A stretch of 64,000 bases of DNA from the NCBI GenBank assembly GCA_963717145.1, contig OY970325.1, positions 672,001 to 736,000 of the forward strand, read 5' to 3'. The notes beneath the pieces were generated by a model. It saw only the letters and a list, made by a program, of their open reading frames with translations. It ran no database searches and was not told where the DNA came from. The stretch is from an uncultured Armatimonadetes bacterium. GTDB taxonomy: Bacteria; Armatimonadota; UBA5829; DTJY01. Positions 9,156 to 19,257 of this stretch are shown one piece after another. The translations under genes were made by a program, and so were the position numbers. Every line of letters starts with the position of its first letter. The first letter of the stretch is position 1.

Positions 9156-11339
9156 CTACGGATGCCTGAAGCTGAGTTTCGTGAGCGAGTGCGCCGGGAA
9201 GGCGTGGGTCATCCCTCCCGGCTTCGACTTCGCGACAGTCTTCTTGATCTTCACGACATCCGGGTTGCCCGGACTGTTGGCGTCGAGGTAGCTCTTCGAT
9301 GTGAGCGTCTCGATGACGGTCCGTGAGCCGGCCTCGAAGCCGTGGAGCGCGACCTCAGCGGTGATCGCCTCTGACGGATGGCGGTTGGTCACGAGCACGC
9401 ACAGTGCCTTTCCCGAGTCGTCAAGAAGAGCGACCGCGTCGAGATATGGAGCATCCGTCACGGCCGGAACTCCGGGCAGTTCCTCGATGTCGTACATCGG
9501 CGTGGTGATGCTCAGATGGACGGGCAGGCGTCCGTGCTGAGTCGCGTACATCTTCCGCGCTAGAAACACCGGCTGCTCGCAGACCACCTGCCTCCACTTC
9601 GCGAGCCCTCCGCCGTGATTTACCAGCGCGGAGTGCGTGATGATCTCGACCATGCCGTTCGTTCTGACCGAGGCGTTCACGATTCCGGCGTAGAATAGCG
9701 CCTCGGACAGGTTGACGTTGTTGGGCAGGCCGCCCTTGTTGGTGAAGATCTGCAGCTCGGTGATGGCGATCTTCGGGTCAGGGTTGCCCACATCCGACAT
9801 CTGCTTGCCCATCGCGCGGAGGTGACCTTCGTACCAGTGGGTGTAGGCCAGGAGCGACCTCAGCGCGGTGTCGGGAGGAGTCTCCTCGGGGATCGCGTCT
9901 CCGATCAGCGTGTGGATCGAGAGCGAGCGCACATCCTTCCCGTTCTTCTTGAGGACTGGGACATTCCAGTCGAGGAACTCCCTGCCTAGGGCGATGAACT
10001 CGATGCTCGGATCGACCGCGCGCATGGCGTCGCAGAAGAGGGTGTATCGGTTGGCATACTCATCCGCCGTGCAGTGGCCGATCTGCCAGTCGCCCCAAAG
10101 CTCGTTGCCGACCTCCCAGTACTTCACGCCATACGGCTCGGGATGGCCGTTCTTCGCACGGAGCTTGCCGTATTCGGTGTCCGCCGAGCCGTTGCAGTAC
10201 TCGACCCACTGAGCGGCCTCTTCGGGGGTGCCGTTTCCTGCGTTGATGCAGATCAGCGGATCGCAGCCGGTGATCTCGCAGAAGGCGAGCCACTCGTCCG
10301 TCCCCACGTGGTTCGGCTCATCGCCTCCCCATGCGGGATTCCTGCTCATCGGGCGGCCGAACGGATCGACCCTCACCCCCGACCCCTCTCCCTCAGAAGG
10401 GCGAGGGGAGTCCGCGCCGGACCACTCCCCTCGCCCTTCTGAGGGAGAGGGGTCGGGGGTGAGGGTCCGGGTGGTGTCAATGCCGTCCTTCCAGTGGTAG
10501 CCCGATACGAAGTTCCCGCCGGGGAACCTGAGCATGGTGATCTTCGAGTCCTTGACCAGGCGGACGATTTCCGGGTCGAAGCCCTCCATGTGGTCCGCGG
10601 GGAAGAGGAGACACTGGTCGAGCAGGAGCGTACCGGGTTTCCCCGCGCCGATGGTGAAGAGCAGCGTCTGAAACTTCTCAACGTACCTGGTGTCGATCTC
10701 GAAAAACGACTTGAACTGCTGCCATTCGCTTCCGATGCCGTCGATCTGAATCCCAGCGATCGCATTGCCCTCGGTGGTACGGATGGCGAGGTAGAGTCCG
10801 CCGATCGTTCCCTTCGCCCAGAAGCTGACCTCGTACTTGCCGGTTCGATGAGTCGGCAGAGTGATCGGCTGGAGGATGCCCACCCACGAACTCTCGAGGC
10901 TGCGGATCTCGATCTTCTGCGCCTGATCGGAGTTCACGCGATCGTCGGACGGAGAATAAGTGACGTCACCCTTACCCCATCGTCCCCAGAAGCACGCGAC
11001 GCCGGCCTTGAAGCTGTCGAGAAGGCCGTGTTCGTTCCGCCCGAGCCGCCTCTCGACGCCGGCGTCTTCCTCCCAACTGAAGTACTTCGCCGGCTCGAAG
11101 CCCGTGTTGTCGAGGAGCTGAGCCCACGCGCCTCCGTAGACGTTGCTGCCGAGGTGCTCGGTGAACTCGCCGAACAGGTATGGCGAGATCGGCTTCTCGG
11201 CCTTCTGCGCAACGTTGATCTCTATGCGGGCGTTCTGCCCCGCGACGAACTCGACGATCGGCTTCGACTGCGATGCGCGCATAGTTGTGCCTCCAAGCAG
11301 GAATGATGTCAAGACAAGGAATGCGAGTCTGCGGATCAA
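9156..11339 (-). CDS. GH51 alpha-L-arabinofuranosidase, secreted; in-frame palindrome insert
   Basis: ISPYLFGEFTEHLG, LRFPGGNF, WVEYCNG, YWEVGNE; TTG start chosen from SD plus signal peptide. Confidence 0.9.
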   Translation of the reverse strand: MIRRLAFLVLTSFLLGGTTMRASQSKPIVEFVAGQNARIEINVAQKAEKPISPYLFGEFTEHLGSNVYGGAWAQLLDNTGFEPAKYFSWEEDAGVERRLGRNEHGLLDSFKAGVACFWGRWGKGDVTYSPSDDRVNSDQAQKIEIRSLESSWVGILQPITLPTHRTGKYEVSFWAKGTIGGLYLAIRTTEGNAIAGIQIDGIGSEWQQFKSFFEIDTRYVEKFQTLLFTIGAGKPGTLLLDQCLLFPADHMEGFDPEIVRLVKDSKITMLRFPGGNFVSGYHWKDGIDTTRTLTPDPSPSEGRGEWSGADSPRPSEGEGSGVRVDPFGRPMSRNPAWGGDEPNHVGTDEWLAFCEITGCDPLICINAGNGTPEEAAQWVEYCNGSADTEYGKLRAKNGHPEPYGVKYWEVGNELWGDWQIGHCTADEYANRYTLFCDAMRAVDPSIEFIALGREFLDWNVPVLKKNGKDVRSLSIHTLIGDAIPEETPPDTALRSLLAYTHWYEGHLRAMGKQMSDVGNPDPKIAITELQIFTNKGGLPNNVNLSEALFYAGIVNASVRTNGMVEIITHSALVNHGGGLAKWRQVVCEQPVFLARKMYATQHGRLPVHLSITTPMYDIEELPGVPAVTDAPYLDAVALLDDSGKALCVLVTNRHPSEAITAEVALHGFEAGSRTVIETLTSKSYLDANSPGNPDVVKIKKTVAKSKPGGMTHAFPAHSLTKLSFRHP
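10368..10467. repeat. Perfect 44-bp-arm palindrome inside the GH51 gene
   Basis: GACCCTCACCCCCGACCCCTCTCCCTCAGAAGGGCGAGGGGAGT, 12-nt loop, exact reverse complement. Confidence 0.95.
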
Positions 11340-11408
11340 GGGTCCACCTTTCGGGCTATGGCTATGCAAGGGTTCAACGCCGGCCCGCCGTCTCCCTCCG
11401 CCCGTCCC

Positions 11409-11437
11409 CCATGAACCATCAACCATCAACCATTCCC
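11409..11437. repeat. Heptamer (AACCATC)n tract
   Basis: CCATGAACCATCAACCATCAACCATTCCC; near-identical tract at 12805-12833 and full palindromic form at 54036-54139. Confidence 0.7.
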
Positions 11438-11439
11438 CA

Positions 11440-12740
11440 TCATCCCCGTCCCCAGGCTACAAACATGAGCACGGCGGCGGCGCCCATCACCGCGAATGTG
11501 AACCAGCCGACGACCTTCGTCCATGGCCCGTTCAAGTATTCGCCCATGACCGATCGGTTGCCGCTCACGAGGAGCAGGATCAGAATCAGCGGCACGGCGA
11601 CGACCCCATTGATGACCGCTGTGTAGACGAGCGCCTTGATCGGGTCGATGTGGAGGAAGTTGATGGCCATCCCCGTCAGCACCGAAATGATCATGACCGC
11701 GTAGAACTGCGGCGCATCACTCAACTTCCTCGAGAGGCCCTCCCGCCACCCGAAGGTCTCGGAGAGCGCATATGACGCCGACCCCGCGAAGATCGGGACC
11801 GCCATCAGCCCGAGACCGATGATACCCAGCGCGAGATCCCCTCCGCGATCTTGCCGGCGTTGGCGAATCCATGGACGAGCGGCTCGAGTGCCTTTGCGGC
11901 ATCTGCGGCGGTAGCGACGTCGGTGATGCCCGCCTGATGGAGCGACCCGGCGGCGGTTACGATGATGAACCACGCGGCGATCTGAGAGAATGCCATGCCC
12001 GACCACGTATCGATCCGCATCTCACGGATCTCACGGCGCTCATCGTCATGGGATATCTCGCCTCGGAGGAGGCCCCTGTCCCTCGGCACGTGGCCTTTCT
12101 CGATCTCCTCCTCGACCTCCTGTGACGCCTGCCAGAAGAATAGATATGGCGAGATCGTCGTACCGAGCACGGCGACCATCAGCATCAGGAACTCGAAGGT
12201 GAAGGTGATCCGTGGGACGAATGTCGCGCGTAGAACCTCGACCCAGTTGTGCGATACGATGAAGCCGGTCAGAACGTAGGCGATCAGTGAGAGGGTCATC
12301 CACTTCAGGAAGCGCGCGTATGCTCGGTATGACACGAAGAGCTGCATAAGCACGGAGAACAGCGCGAAGATAGCTGTCAGGGAGAGGTACGGCAATGGGA
12401 TGAGGAGCTGAGTCGCCGCCGCCATCGCGCCTAGGTCCGTGCCGAGATTGATCGTGTTCGCCACCAGGAGCAAGCCGACGACGCCATATAGGATCGGCCT
12501 GGGGTAATGCTCGCGAACGACGCCCGCGATCCCCCTGCCGCTGACCATCCCGATCCGCGCGCAGATCTCCTGGACCGCCGCCATCATCGGCAGCATCAGC
12601 AGGATCATCCAAAGCTGGCCGTATCCGAATCGCGCGCCTGTCTGAGAGTAGGTCGCAATCCCCGAGGGGTCGTCATCCGCCGCCCCGGTGACTACTCCAG
12701 GGCCGATAATGCCGAAGAACCGTTTGACTTGCCGCCACAT
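11440..12740 (-). CDS. NRAMP-family divalent metal transporter; single frameshift at ~11835, likely a sequencing error
   Basis: GPGVVTGAADDDPSGIATYS, GTTISPYLFFWQ; C-terminal part continues in ORF 11440-12006 (ALGIIGLG). Confidence 0.85.
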
Positions 12741-12781
12741 ACAAGGGTTGTACCCGTTCTGAGCGCGAGGACAGCAAGCGA

Positions 12782-13693
12782 CTATGCGCGGCTCCGCTCA
12801 TTGACCGTCAACCATGAACCATCAACCATTCCCTTCGGTGCTTCCATGCGGCACGTCTTGAGCGGGTTCACGACCTGGCATATCCGCAGATCGGCGAATG
12901 CGCTCATCCACATCGCCGCCTCCGCGCGCTTGAGGCCGAACCGCTTCTCAAGGAGGGTCAACATCTTCACGGTCGCATTGTGGGCGGCGACATCGAGGTC
13001 GGCATCGGACGCGATTGTGGCGATCACCTCATCGTTCTCGACTATCGGCGTGGGCAGTGAGACACCCTTGAGCACGCCGACCTCCAGCTCGACCGTGCCA
13101 TCGCACTCGACGCCGGTCGTGCAGATCTCGCCGTCGCCCATGAGGGCATGGAGGTCGCCCATAGAGAGGAGTCCACCGTCGACGAACACGGGCAGATAGA
13201 CCGTCGAGCCGGCGGTGATGAGCTTGCAGTCCATGTTTCCGCCATGCTCTCCGGGCTTCCCGGTGGGAACGGGCGCTCCCCTGGGCGCGGTGCCGATGAC
13301 GCCGATCATGGGGTTGATCGGGACTTGCAGCTTGTCCGAGAAGACGACCTGCCCGTCACGGATCGGGAGGATTCGGGTCTCGGCCTTACGTATCAGGTCG
13401 CGCAGCTCGCCCATCCCCGGCGACACGACCATCACCCCGGTCTCGGCGACGGTGATGTCACGGATGCGCACGGCCAGGATGTCACCCTTGACGGCGCCCT
13501 CGATGTAGATCGGCCCGGTCGCCGGATTGACGGTCCCCCAGAACTGCGGCCCGTACTTGTCGCGCTCGGACTTGATCCCGCAGTTGAAGCAGTCCCGGAG
13601 ATCGACGGTGAACCGCTCCCCGGCCCTCACCCGGGCGACCGGCCTATCTGATTTCGACAGCTTGTAGATCGGTGATTGGCAGGGAATGTGCAT
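12782..13693 (-). CDS. Acetamidase/formamidase family protein
   Basis: NPATGPIYIEGA, PMIGVIGTAP, HGGNMD, GDLHALMGDGEI. Confidence 0.9.
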   Translation of the reverse strand: MHIPCQSPIYKLSKSDRPVARVRAGERFTVDLRDCFNCGIKSERDKYGPQFWGTVNPATGPIYIEGAVKGDILAVRIRDITVAETGVMVVSPGMGELRDLIRKAETRILPIRDGQVVFSDKLQVPINPMIGVIGTAPRGAPVPTGKPGEHGGNMDCKLITAGSTVYLPVFVDGGLLSMGDLHALMGDGEICTTGVECDGTVELEVGVLKGVSLPTPIVENDEVIATIASDADLDVAAHNATVKMLTLLEKRFGLKRAEAAMWMSAFADLRICQVVNPLKTCRMEAPKGMVDGSWLTVNERSRA

Positions 13694-13729
13694 TGTCCCC
13701 AACTCCCCCTCGACTTTCCTTCATGCAGA

Positions 13730-14674
13730 TCACTTGCCGTACTGGTAGGTGTACTCCCTCTTCTCCTGCATCTTCAGTTCCTGACGGCCTTCATCAGGAA
13801 TGTCCATAGCCATGGTGATCGTCCGATCGTTCGTCTCGGAGTAGATGAGCATCGTCTTCGGATCTATGACTCTCTCTCCACCGCCGGTAATCTTGACATC
13901 GACTATCTTCGGGGACTTCCCGGGGGCCGCTGACTCCGCAAGGCTGTCCATCACCGCCTGCATGAACTTCTGCGTGCCCTCAGCATCGGTCGTGTAGGAG
14001 AACGTGATGCGCACACAGTCCGCCTTGCCGGTCAGAACCCTCTCGGCGATCTTGGTCGTGGTATCGTAGACGATGGTGCCGAGCGGCAACTCGGCGGTCT
14101 GATCCTCCACCCAGGTGTCACCGATCTTCGCGGTCCGTCCGACAAATGATGCTATCCTCCCGTTCCATTCCGTGATCTCCTTGGCGATGGCAGCCTCTTT
14201 CATCCCGGGAAGAGCAGCGGCGAACTTCTCGTACTGCTCCGGAGGCATAGCTGACTTCAGTTCCTCTGTGAGTGCCTTGAATACCTCATCGAAGCCCTTG
14301 ACAGTGAGCATCTCCCCAAAGGAATCCAGATCAGACGTCACGACCACCTTCATCAGCCGGTCGACGATCGGGTTCGAGGGAAACTTCTCGCCGTTCCGTG
14401 TCAGGTCGACGGAGATTGGCGTCTGGATGAGCTTGTAGCCCTTTGCTGTCTTTCTGACGCCGATCTTGACCTTGGCGACACCGACATCGGTCTGAGTGTC
14501 CGACGGCCCCGTGCTCTTGATTTTCGTTGTCTTGAGCGTGATCGTGTGGGACGATGGCGTTGGCGGATTGAAGGTGAACGTGACCGAATCATCTTGGCTG
14601 CACGCCGGGACTCCCGGCATGATCGTCAACAGAGCGGCCGCAACCAAGCTGCAGACCATTGATCTCTTGTGCAT
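13730..14674 (-). CDS. Secreted hypothetical protein
   Basis: Signal-peptide-like N-terminus, GC3-rich codon usage, lies in an operon-like run of minus-strand genes. Confidence 0.7.
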   Translation of the reverse strand: MHKRSMVCSLVAAALLTIMPGVPACSQDDSVTFTFNPPTPSSHTITLKTTKIKSTGPSDTQTDVGVAKVKIGVRKTAKGYKLIQTPISVDLTRNGEKFPSNPIVDRLMKVVVTSDLDSFGEMLTVKGFDEVFKALTEELKSAMPPEQYEKFAAALPGMKEAAIAKEITEWNGRIASFVGRTAKIGDTWVEDQTAELPLGTIVYDTTTKIAERVLTGKADCVRITFSYTTDAEGTQKFMQAVMDSLAESAAPGKSPKIVDVKITGGGERVIDPKTMLIYSETNDRTITMAMDIPDEGRQELKMQEKREYTYQYGK

Positions 14675-14694
14675 TTCCTTGAGCCCTCCTAAGG

Positions 14695-16423
14695 TTAGTC
14701 TTCTTCCAACCGCAGGTACCACGTGCGATAGAGCACAAGGCACGCGACGAGGACGATGGCCGCCGCATAGATCGCCTCGGTGAAGCGGTGGAGCACGAGG
14801 TAGATCGGGCACATCCACATCGCCGCGAGGCACGGGATGCCGATCACGACATTCCCGAGGTCGCGCTTGATCGTGGACGGCTTCGATGACTTGCACCCCT
14901 TGGAGACGCATCCCCAGAACCCCGCGGGCCGGACCGAGGTGTAGAACTTGGCGAGCGTCTTCTCATCCGTCGCCTCCGTCGTGTAGGTCACGATGATCGT
15001 AATGACCAGGACGATCAACACGATCGCCGGGAACGTCACGAAGAGCGCCAGTCCTGAGAGCGCCGGGACGAACGCCTGGATCAGCGAGAGCACCATCCCC
15101 GAGATCGCGCCCGCCGCGTAGCCCCATCCGTTCATCCGCCACCAGTACCAGCGCAGGACGTTCGGCATCAGCACCCCCGCGCCGAGCGTGCCCATGATCC
15201 ACGTGAACATCTGGTTGATCGAGGTCGCGAAGAAGCCGATGCTGATCCCCATCACGATTAGCAGCGCCGACGATACGTAGCTCGCACGAATGAGCGTCTT
15301 CTGAGAGGCGTCCGGGTTGATGTACTTATGATAGATGTCCTTTACTATGTAGCTCGCCCCGCCGTTGACGGTCGAGTTGAAGGTCGCCAGGAAGCCGGAG
15401 AGGAGCGCCGCGATCGCGAACCCCCTCAGCCCCGCCGGGAGCATCTGCTGGATAACCGACGGCAGCACTTTCTCGTGGTCCCTTGATGAGGACCGAGCGC
15501 CATTATGCCAAGGACTGCCAGTGCCATCGCCATCGGCCAGCGCACGGTGTGTATCACTCCCCACAGCGCCCCGAGCTTCGAGGCGTCCTTCGGGTTCTTC
15601 GCCGCCAGGAACCGCTGGAAGTCGTAGAGCTGCTCCGGCCCTGAGAGCGAGAGGAGCAGTCCCTTCATCACCCAGATGATCAGCAGCGCCCCGAAGAGCT
15701 GGTACGTGGGGTCGGCCAGTTCGGTGAGCTTCCACTCCGGGACGAGGCTGCCCCAGTTCGAGGGGACCTTCGCTGCCAACTGAGCCGCCGAGACGTGGGT
15801 GAATCCGAGGTATGCGATGACAATGGCCCCGATGCTCAGCACCGACGGTCTGGAAGATCTCGACCATCACCACCCCGTGGAAGCCGCCCATGACGACGTA
15901 GATCCCCGTGATGCCGATGATCAACGCGGCGCACACGTGCTCGCTGAACGGGAGGTAGACCGAGCCGAACTTTCCCATCCCGACCGCTCCGTAGGCGAGG
16001 AACGCGGTGATCGTGAGGACGGCGTAGATCGTGTAGGAGGCGCGGGCTGCTTCCCCTGCCTTGCCGCTCCCGAAGCGGGTCTCCATCCACTCGCTCCCGG
16101 TCATGACGCCCGAGCGTCGAATCCACTTGCCCATGTACGCCATGTAGAAGACGGGGATGATGAACCCCCAGATCCATTGCACCCACATCCCCTTCAGGCC
16201 GATGGTGTACGAACAGGCTGACGATCCACATCGTGCCGGTGATGTCGAAGTACGATGAGCTGCCGGACATCGCGAGCGCCCACCACGGAAGCTGACGCTC
16301 TCCGAGGAAGTAGCTCCCGATGTTCTTCGCGGCCCGGCGCTTCATCCACATGCCGAGCGTGATGACGACCGCGAGGTATGCGACGATGATCGTGATGTCG
16401 ATGGTGCTCAGCCGAATGTCCAT
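14695..16423 (-). CDS. Sodium:solute symporter (SSS); three frameshifts (~16210, ~15843, ~15482)
   Basis: YFLGERQLPWW, QRFLAAKN, LPAGLRG, WYWWRMNGWG spread over three reading frames. Confidence 0.85.
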
Positions 16424-16508
16424 GCTTGTCTCCATGACGAGTGATGGGTAACCAACCAAATCAGAGTTCCATCAACAACGCTCGGCTTCCTGCCGAATCA
16501 CGGTGCGA

Positions 16509-16955
16509 TTACAGAGCGAGTACTTCAGCCGGGGTCAGAGGGGTGATCTCAGGGAAGCGGGTGAAGTCGGCCGTATTCAGCGTGAGGATATGCGTGATCC
16601 CGTGGGAGAGCATGAGGGCCACGAGACGCGCATCGTGCGCCTGCCTTCCGAGCACCTTGTGCTCAGTCATAATCTGCAGCCATTGGGACGCTGTGTCCGA
16701 CGTGTCGGGGAGAAATGCGAACGCCGAGAAGATCCACGATGTCGACAGGGAGGTAGATTCGGCGGAAAGGCCCATACCGTTCACGTCGCGCGGACGAGTG
16801 GAAACAACCCAGTACTCGGCGAGCACCTGCATGCAGACACAGGGATCGTGATCTGAGCCATGAAGGAGATCAAGCGCTGCCACACATTCAGCATGCCGAG
16901 AGTCGGTATCGTCACGGACTCTCAGGAAGATGTTGGTGTCAATCAGGACCCTCAC
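16509..16955 (-). CDS. vapC: PIN-domain toxin
   Basis: VLIDTNIF, QVLAEY, HDARLVA, ILTLNTADF. Confidence 0.9.
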   Translation of the reverse strand: MRVLIDTNIFLRVRDDTDSRHAECVAALDLLHGSDHDPCVCMQVLAEYWVVSTRPRDVNGMGLSAESTSLSTSWIFSAFAFLPDTSDTASQWLQIMTEHKVLGRQAHDARLVALMLSHGITHILTLNTADFTRFPEITPLTPAEVLAL

Positions 16956-17191
16956 CGCCGTTCCTCGTAGAGGTTCTCGCGGCGCAGGGACTCATCAGAG
17001 ATCGACAGCCCCTTGATCGGGTCTGCCTTGAACTCCTCCCACGCCTTGCGGGCCATCTCTCGGTCCCACCGGGCTTCCTCCTTGGCAAGGTAAGAAGTCA
17101 CCACTTCCACTTCTTCCCCTGCCTGAAGGTCCACCGGTTCGTCCGGGACAAAGGTCTTGCCGTCATAGTGCGCGCGTATTCTGATGGCCAT
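16952..17191 (-). CDS. Antitoxin, DUF104/AF2212-like
   Basis: IRAHYDGKTFVPDEPVDL; SLRRENLYE tail; 4-nt overlap with vapC. Confidence 0.8.
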   Translation of the reverse strand: MAIRIRAHYDGKTFVPDEPVDLQAGEEVEVVTSYLAKEEARWDREMARKAWEEFKADPIKGLSISDESLRRENLYEERR

Positions 17192-17209
17192 CGATTTCAC
17201 CTCCGCGGG

Positions 17210-17773
17210 CTACTGGCTCTGCAGACGCTCAAGAACCGGATGGGCCACGTCGTAGATCGCGTCCATGTACTCGACAAGGCGCTCGGCAATGTACCCGACA
17301 TCGTCCCGATCTATCGCTTTCTTCTCGCCGTCCATGACGAGGTGGTGCTGCTTTAGGTCCGCCTCATCGACCTCCAGGGTCTCATACACGCCACTCTCTC
17401 GCAGTGCAGCGCTGATCTCCCTCTGGAGTTGCTTAAGATCGCCCGGCTTCACGCCCCGTCCGCCCTCTACGTCAAAAGCTATCAGAGCTTTGCCCTCGAG
17501 ATCGCCGTATGCCTCATTGGCGAACTCCTTGCCGTCTCTAGATACCTGGAAATGCAGAGTCCAGTTGTCCAGGCAGACCTGAATCGAGAAGTCATAGAAA
17601 TACACGGCAGCGGCGCGCCGTACACTCCATCCGTGGCTGCTCAGTAGTGGCCGCAACTCATCCCATACCCTCTTCTGCCAGGTGGATCTTGGCAGCAGGC
17701 CAAAACTCGGATCTCGGGGGAACGTCTCGGGAAAGCGCAGTTTCCCACTGACTGCTTCTGTTGTGCTAGTCAT
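17210..17773 (-). CDS. Hypothetical protein
   Basis: 187-aa ORF with GGAG SD and an upstream TATAAT; no family recognised. Confidence 0.6.
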   Translation of the reverse strand: MTSTTEAVSGKLRFPETFPRDPSFGLLPRSTWQKRVWDELRPLLSSHGWSVRRAAAVYFYDFSIQVCLDNWTLHFQVSRDGKEFANEAYGDLEGKALIAFDVEGGRGVKPGDLKQLQREISAALRESGVYETLEVDEADLKQHHLVMDGEKKAIDRDDVGYIAERLVEYMDAIYDVAHPVLERLQSQ

Positions 17774-17855
17774 TCATTCATCTCCACTCTTGCCTGCCGT
17801 GACATCAGCCGGCACAACCATTATACCACATGACGCAAAGTGAGCGTCGAAACCC

Positions 17856-19217
17856 CGAATTGCTTCACGAACGATGTTACCGAAACGGAAACGTTGCCTC
17901 AGATAAGAATGTTACCGAAACTGAGGCATGGAGAAGATGACAACTGCATCCGTAAGAGAAGTCGTGAGGCGCAAACGCAAAGAATATGGCAAAGCCACCA
18001 AATCGGAGAAGAAGCTGGTATTGAGTGAAGTCCAGGGATTGACCGGTTACCACAGGAAGTCGCTGGTGAGGCTGTTCGCGAAAGGAGTTCCACCAGCGAG
18101 GAGTCCAGTGAGACGCGCAAGGAAGTCGAAATACGAGCCGATAGCCCACAAGCTGAAGACACTCTGGGCTGCGAGTTTCTACGCGTGCGGTAAGCGTCTG
18201 CAGCCGTTTCTGACTGAGTTTCTACCCATACTGGAGTCATTCGGGGAGATAACGGTTACACCAGAAGAAGAGAGGCTGCTTAACTCGATCAGCGCGTCGA
18301 GCATCGACAGGTTGATGAAGAAGGAGCGGTCTGCCCTATCGCTAACAGGGAGGACCTTAACAAAGCCGGGGACACTGCTTCGGTCTCAGATCCCGGTGAG
18401 GACGTTTGCCGACTGGGATGAAGCTGAGCCTGGGTTCTTCGAGATGGACTTGGTGGGTCATTGCGGAGGTGACGGGAGCGGAGAGTTCCTGTATACTTTG
18501 ACTATGACTGATGTAGCGACCGGATGGGTAGCGCTTGATGGAATGAAAGGCCGAGGGGAGCACGGAACCGTGCTTGCGGTGCAGTCCGCGTCCAAGAGCG
18601 CACCGTTTGCAGTCAGAGGCATAGATACCGACAACGGCGGCGAGTTCATCAACCATCACATGAACAAGTACTGTCGAGCGCACAGGATCACGTTTACGCG
18701 CAGTCGGCCTTACAAGAAGAACGATCAATGTCATGTAGAGCAGAAGAACTGGAGCGTAGTCCGGCAGTTTATAGGTTACCGGCGATTCGAGACGGACGAG
18801 CAGCTTGCGGTACTAAAGGCGATATATCCGCTGATCGTGGCGTATCACAACTTCTGTCAGCCCATGATGCGTCTTAAAGAAAAGGAGCGGATTGGGAGTA
18901 AAGTGATCAAACGCTATGAGCCTGCGATGACGCCGTACCGCAAGCTGATAAGTGTTGAAGGATGGCTTGACGATGAAGCAAAGGATCGCCTCGATAAAGA
19001 ACGTAGAGCGACGAACCCGGTGGAGCTACTAAGACGCATCCACAGGCTATCATCAAAGCTTGACAGGATGCCGAATAAAGACAGATCGAAAGCGAGCAAG
19101 GCGCGGCCCTGAGCGGCGATCAAGAGCCGATCTGACATACTTGAACACACTACTTGGTAACATTATCAATGACGCAACGAATGGCGTTTCGGTAACAAAG
19201 TTAAATGAGGCAACACG
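17856..19217 (+). mobile_element. Complete insertion sequence (rve/DDE, ISNCY/IS1202/IS481-like), 1362 bp
   Basis: ~63-bp imperfect TIRs, each with two TTGCnTCA-N7/8-TGTTACC boxes; 5-bp direct repeat AACCC at 17851-17855 and 19218-19222; lower GC. Confidence 0.85.
17928..19112 (+). CDS. Transposase (integrase core, DDE)
   Basis: EMDLVGHCG, DTDNGGEF, SRPYKKNDQCHVEQKN. Confidence 0.92.
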   Translation: MEKMTTASVREVVRRKRKEYGKATKSEKKLVLSEVQGLTGYHRKSLVRLFAKGVPPARSPVRRARKSKYEPIAHKLKTLWAASFYACGKRLQPFLTEFLPILESFGEITVTPEEERLLNSISASSIDRLMKKERSALSLTGRTLTKPGTLLRSQIPVRTFADWDEAEPGFFEMDLVGHCGGDGSGEFLYTLTMTDVATGWVALDGMKGRGEHGTVLAVQSASKSAPFAVRGIDTDNGGEFINHHMNKYCRAHRITFTRSRPYKKNDQCHVEQKNWSVVRQFIGYRRFETDEQLAVLKAIYPLIVAYHNFCQPMMRLKEKERIGSKVIKRYEPAMTPYRKLISVEGWLDDEAKDRLDKERRATNPVELLRRIHRLSSKLDRMPNKDRSKASKARP

Positions 19218-19257
19218 AACCCCACATCCCTCGGGTATTACGTGCTACAATAGACGC

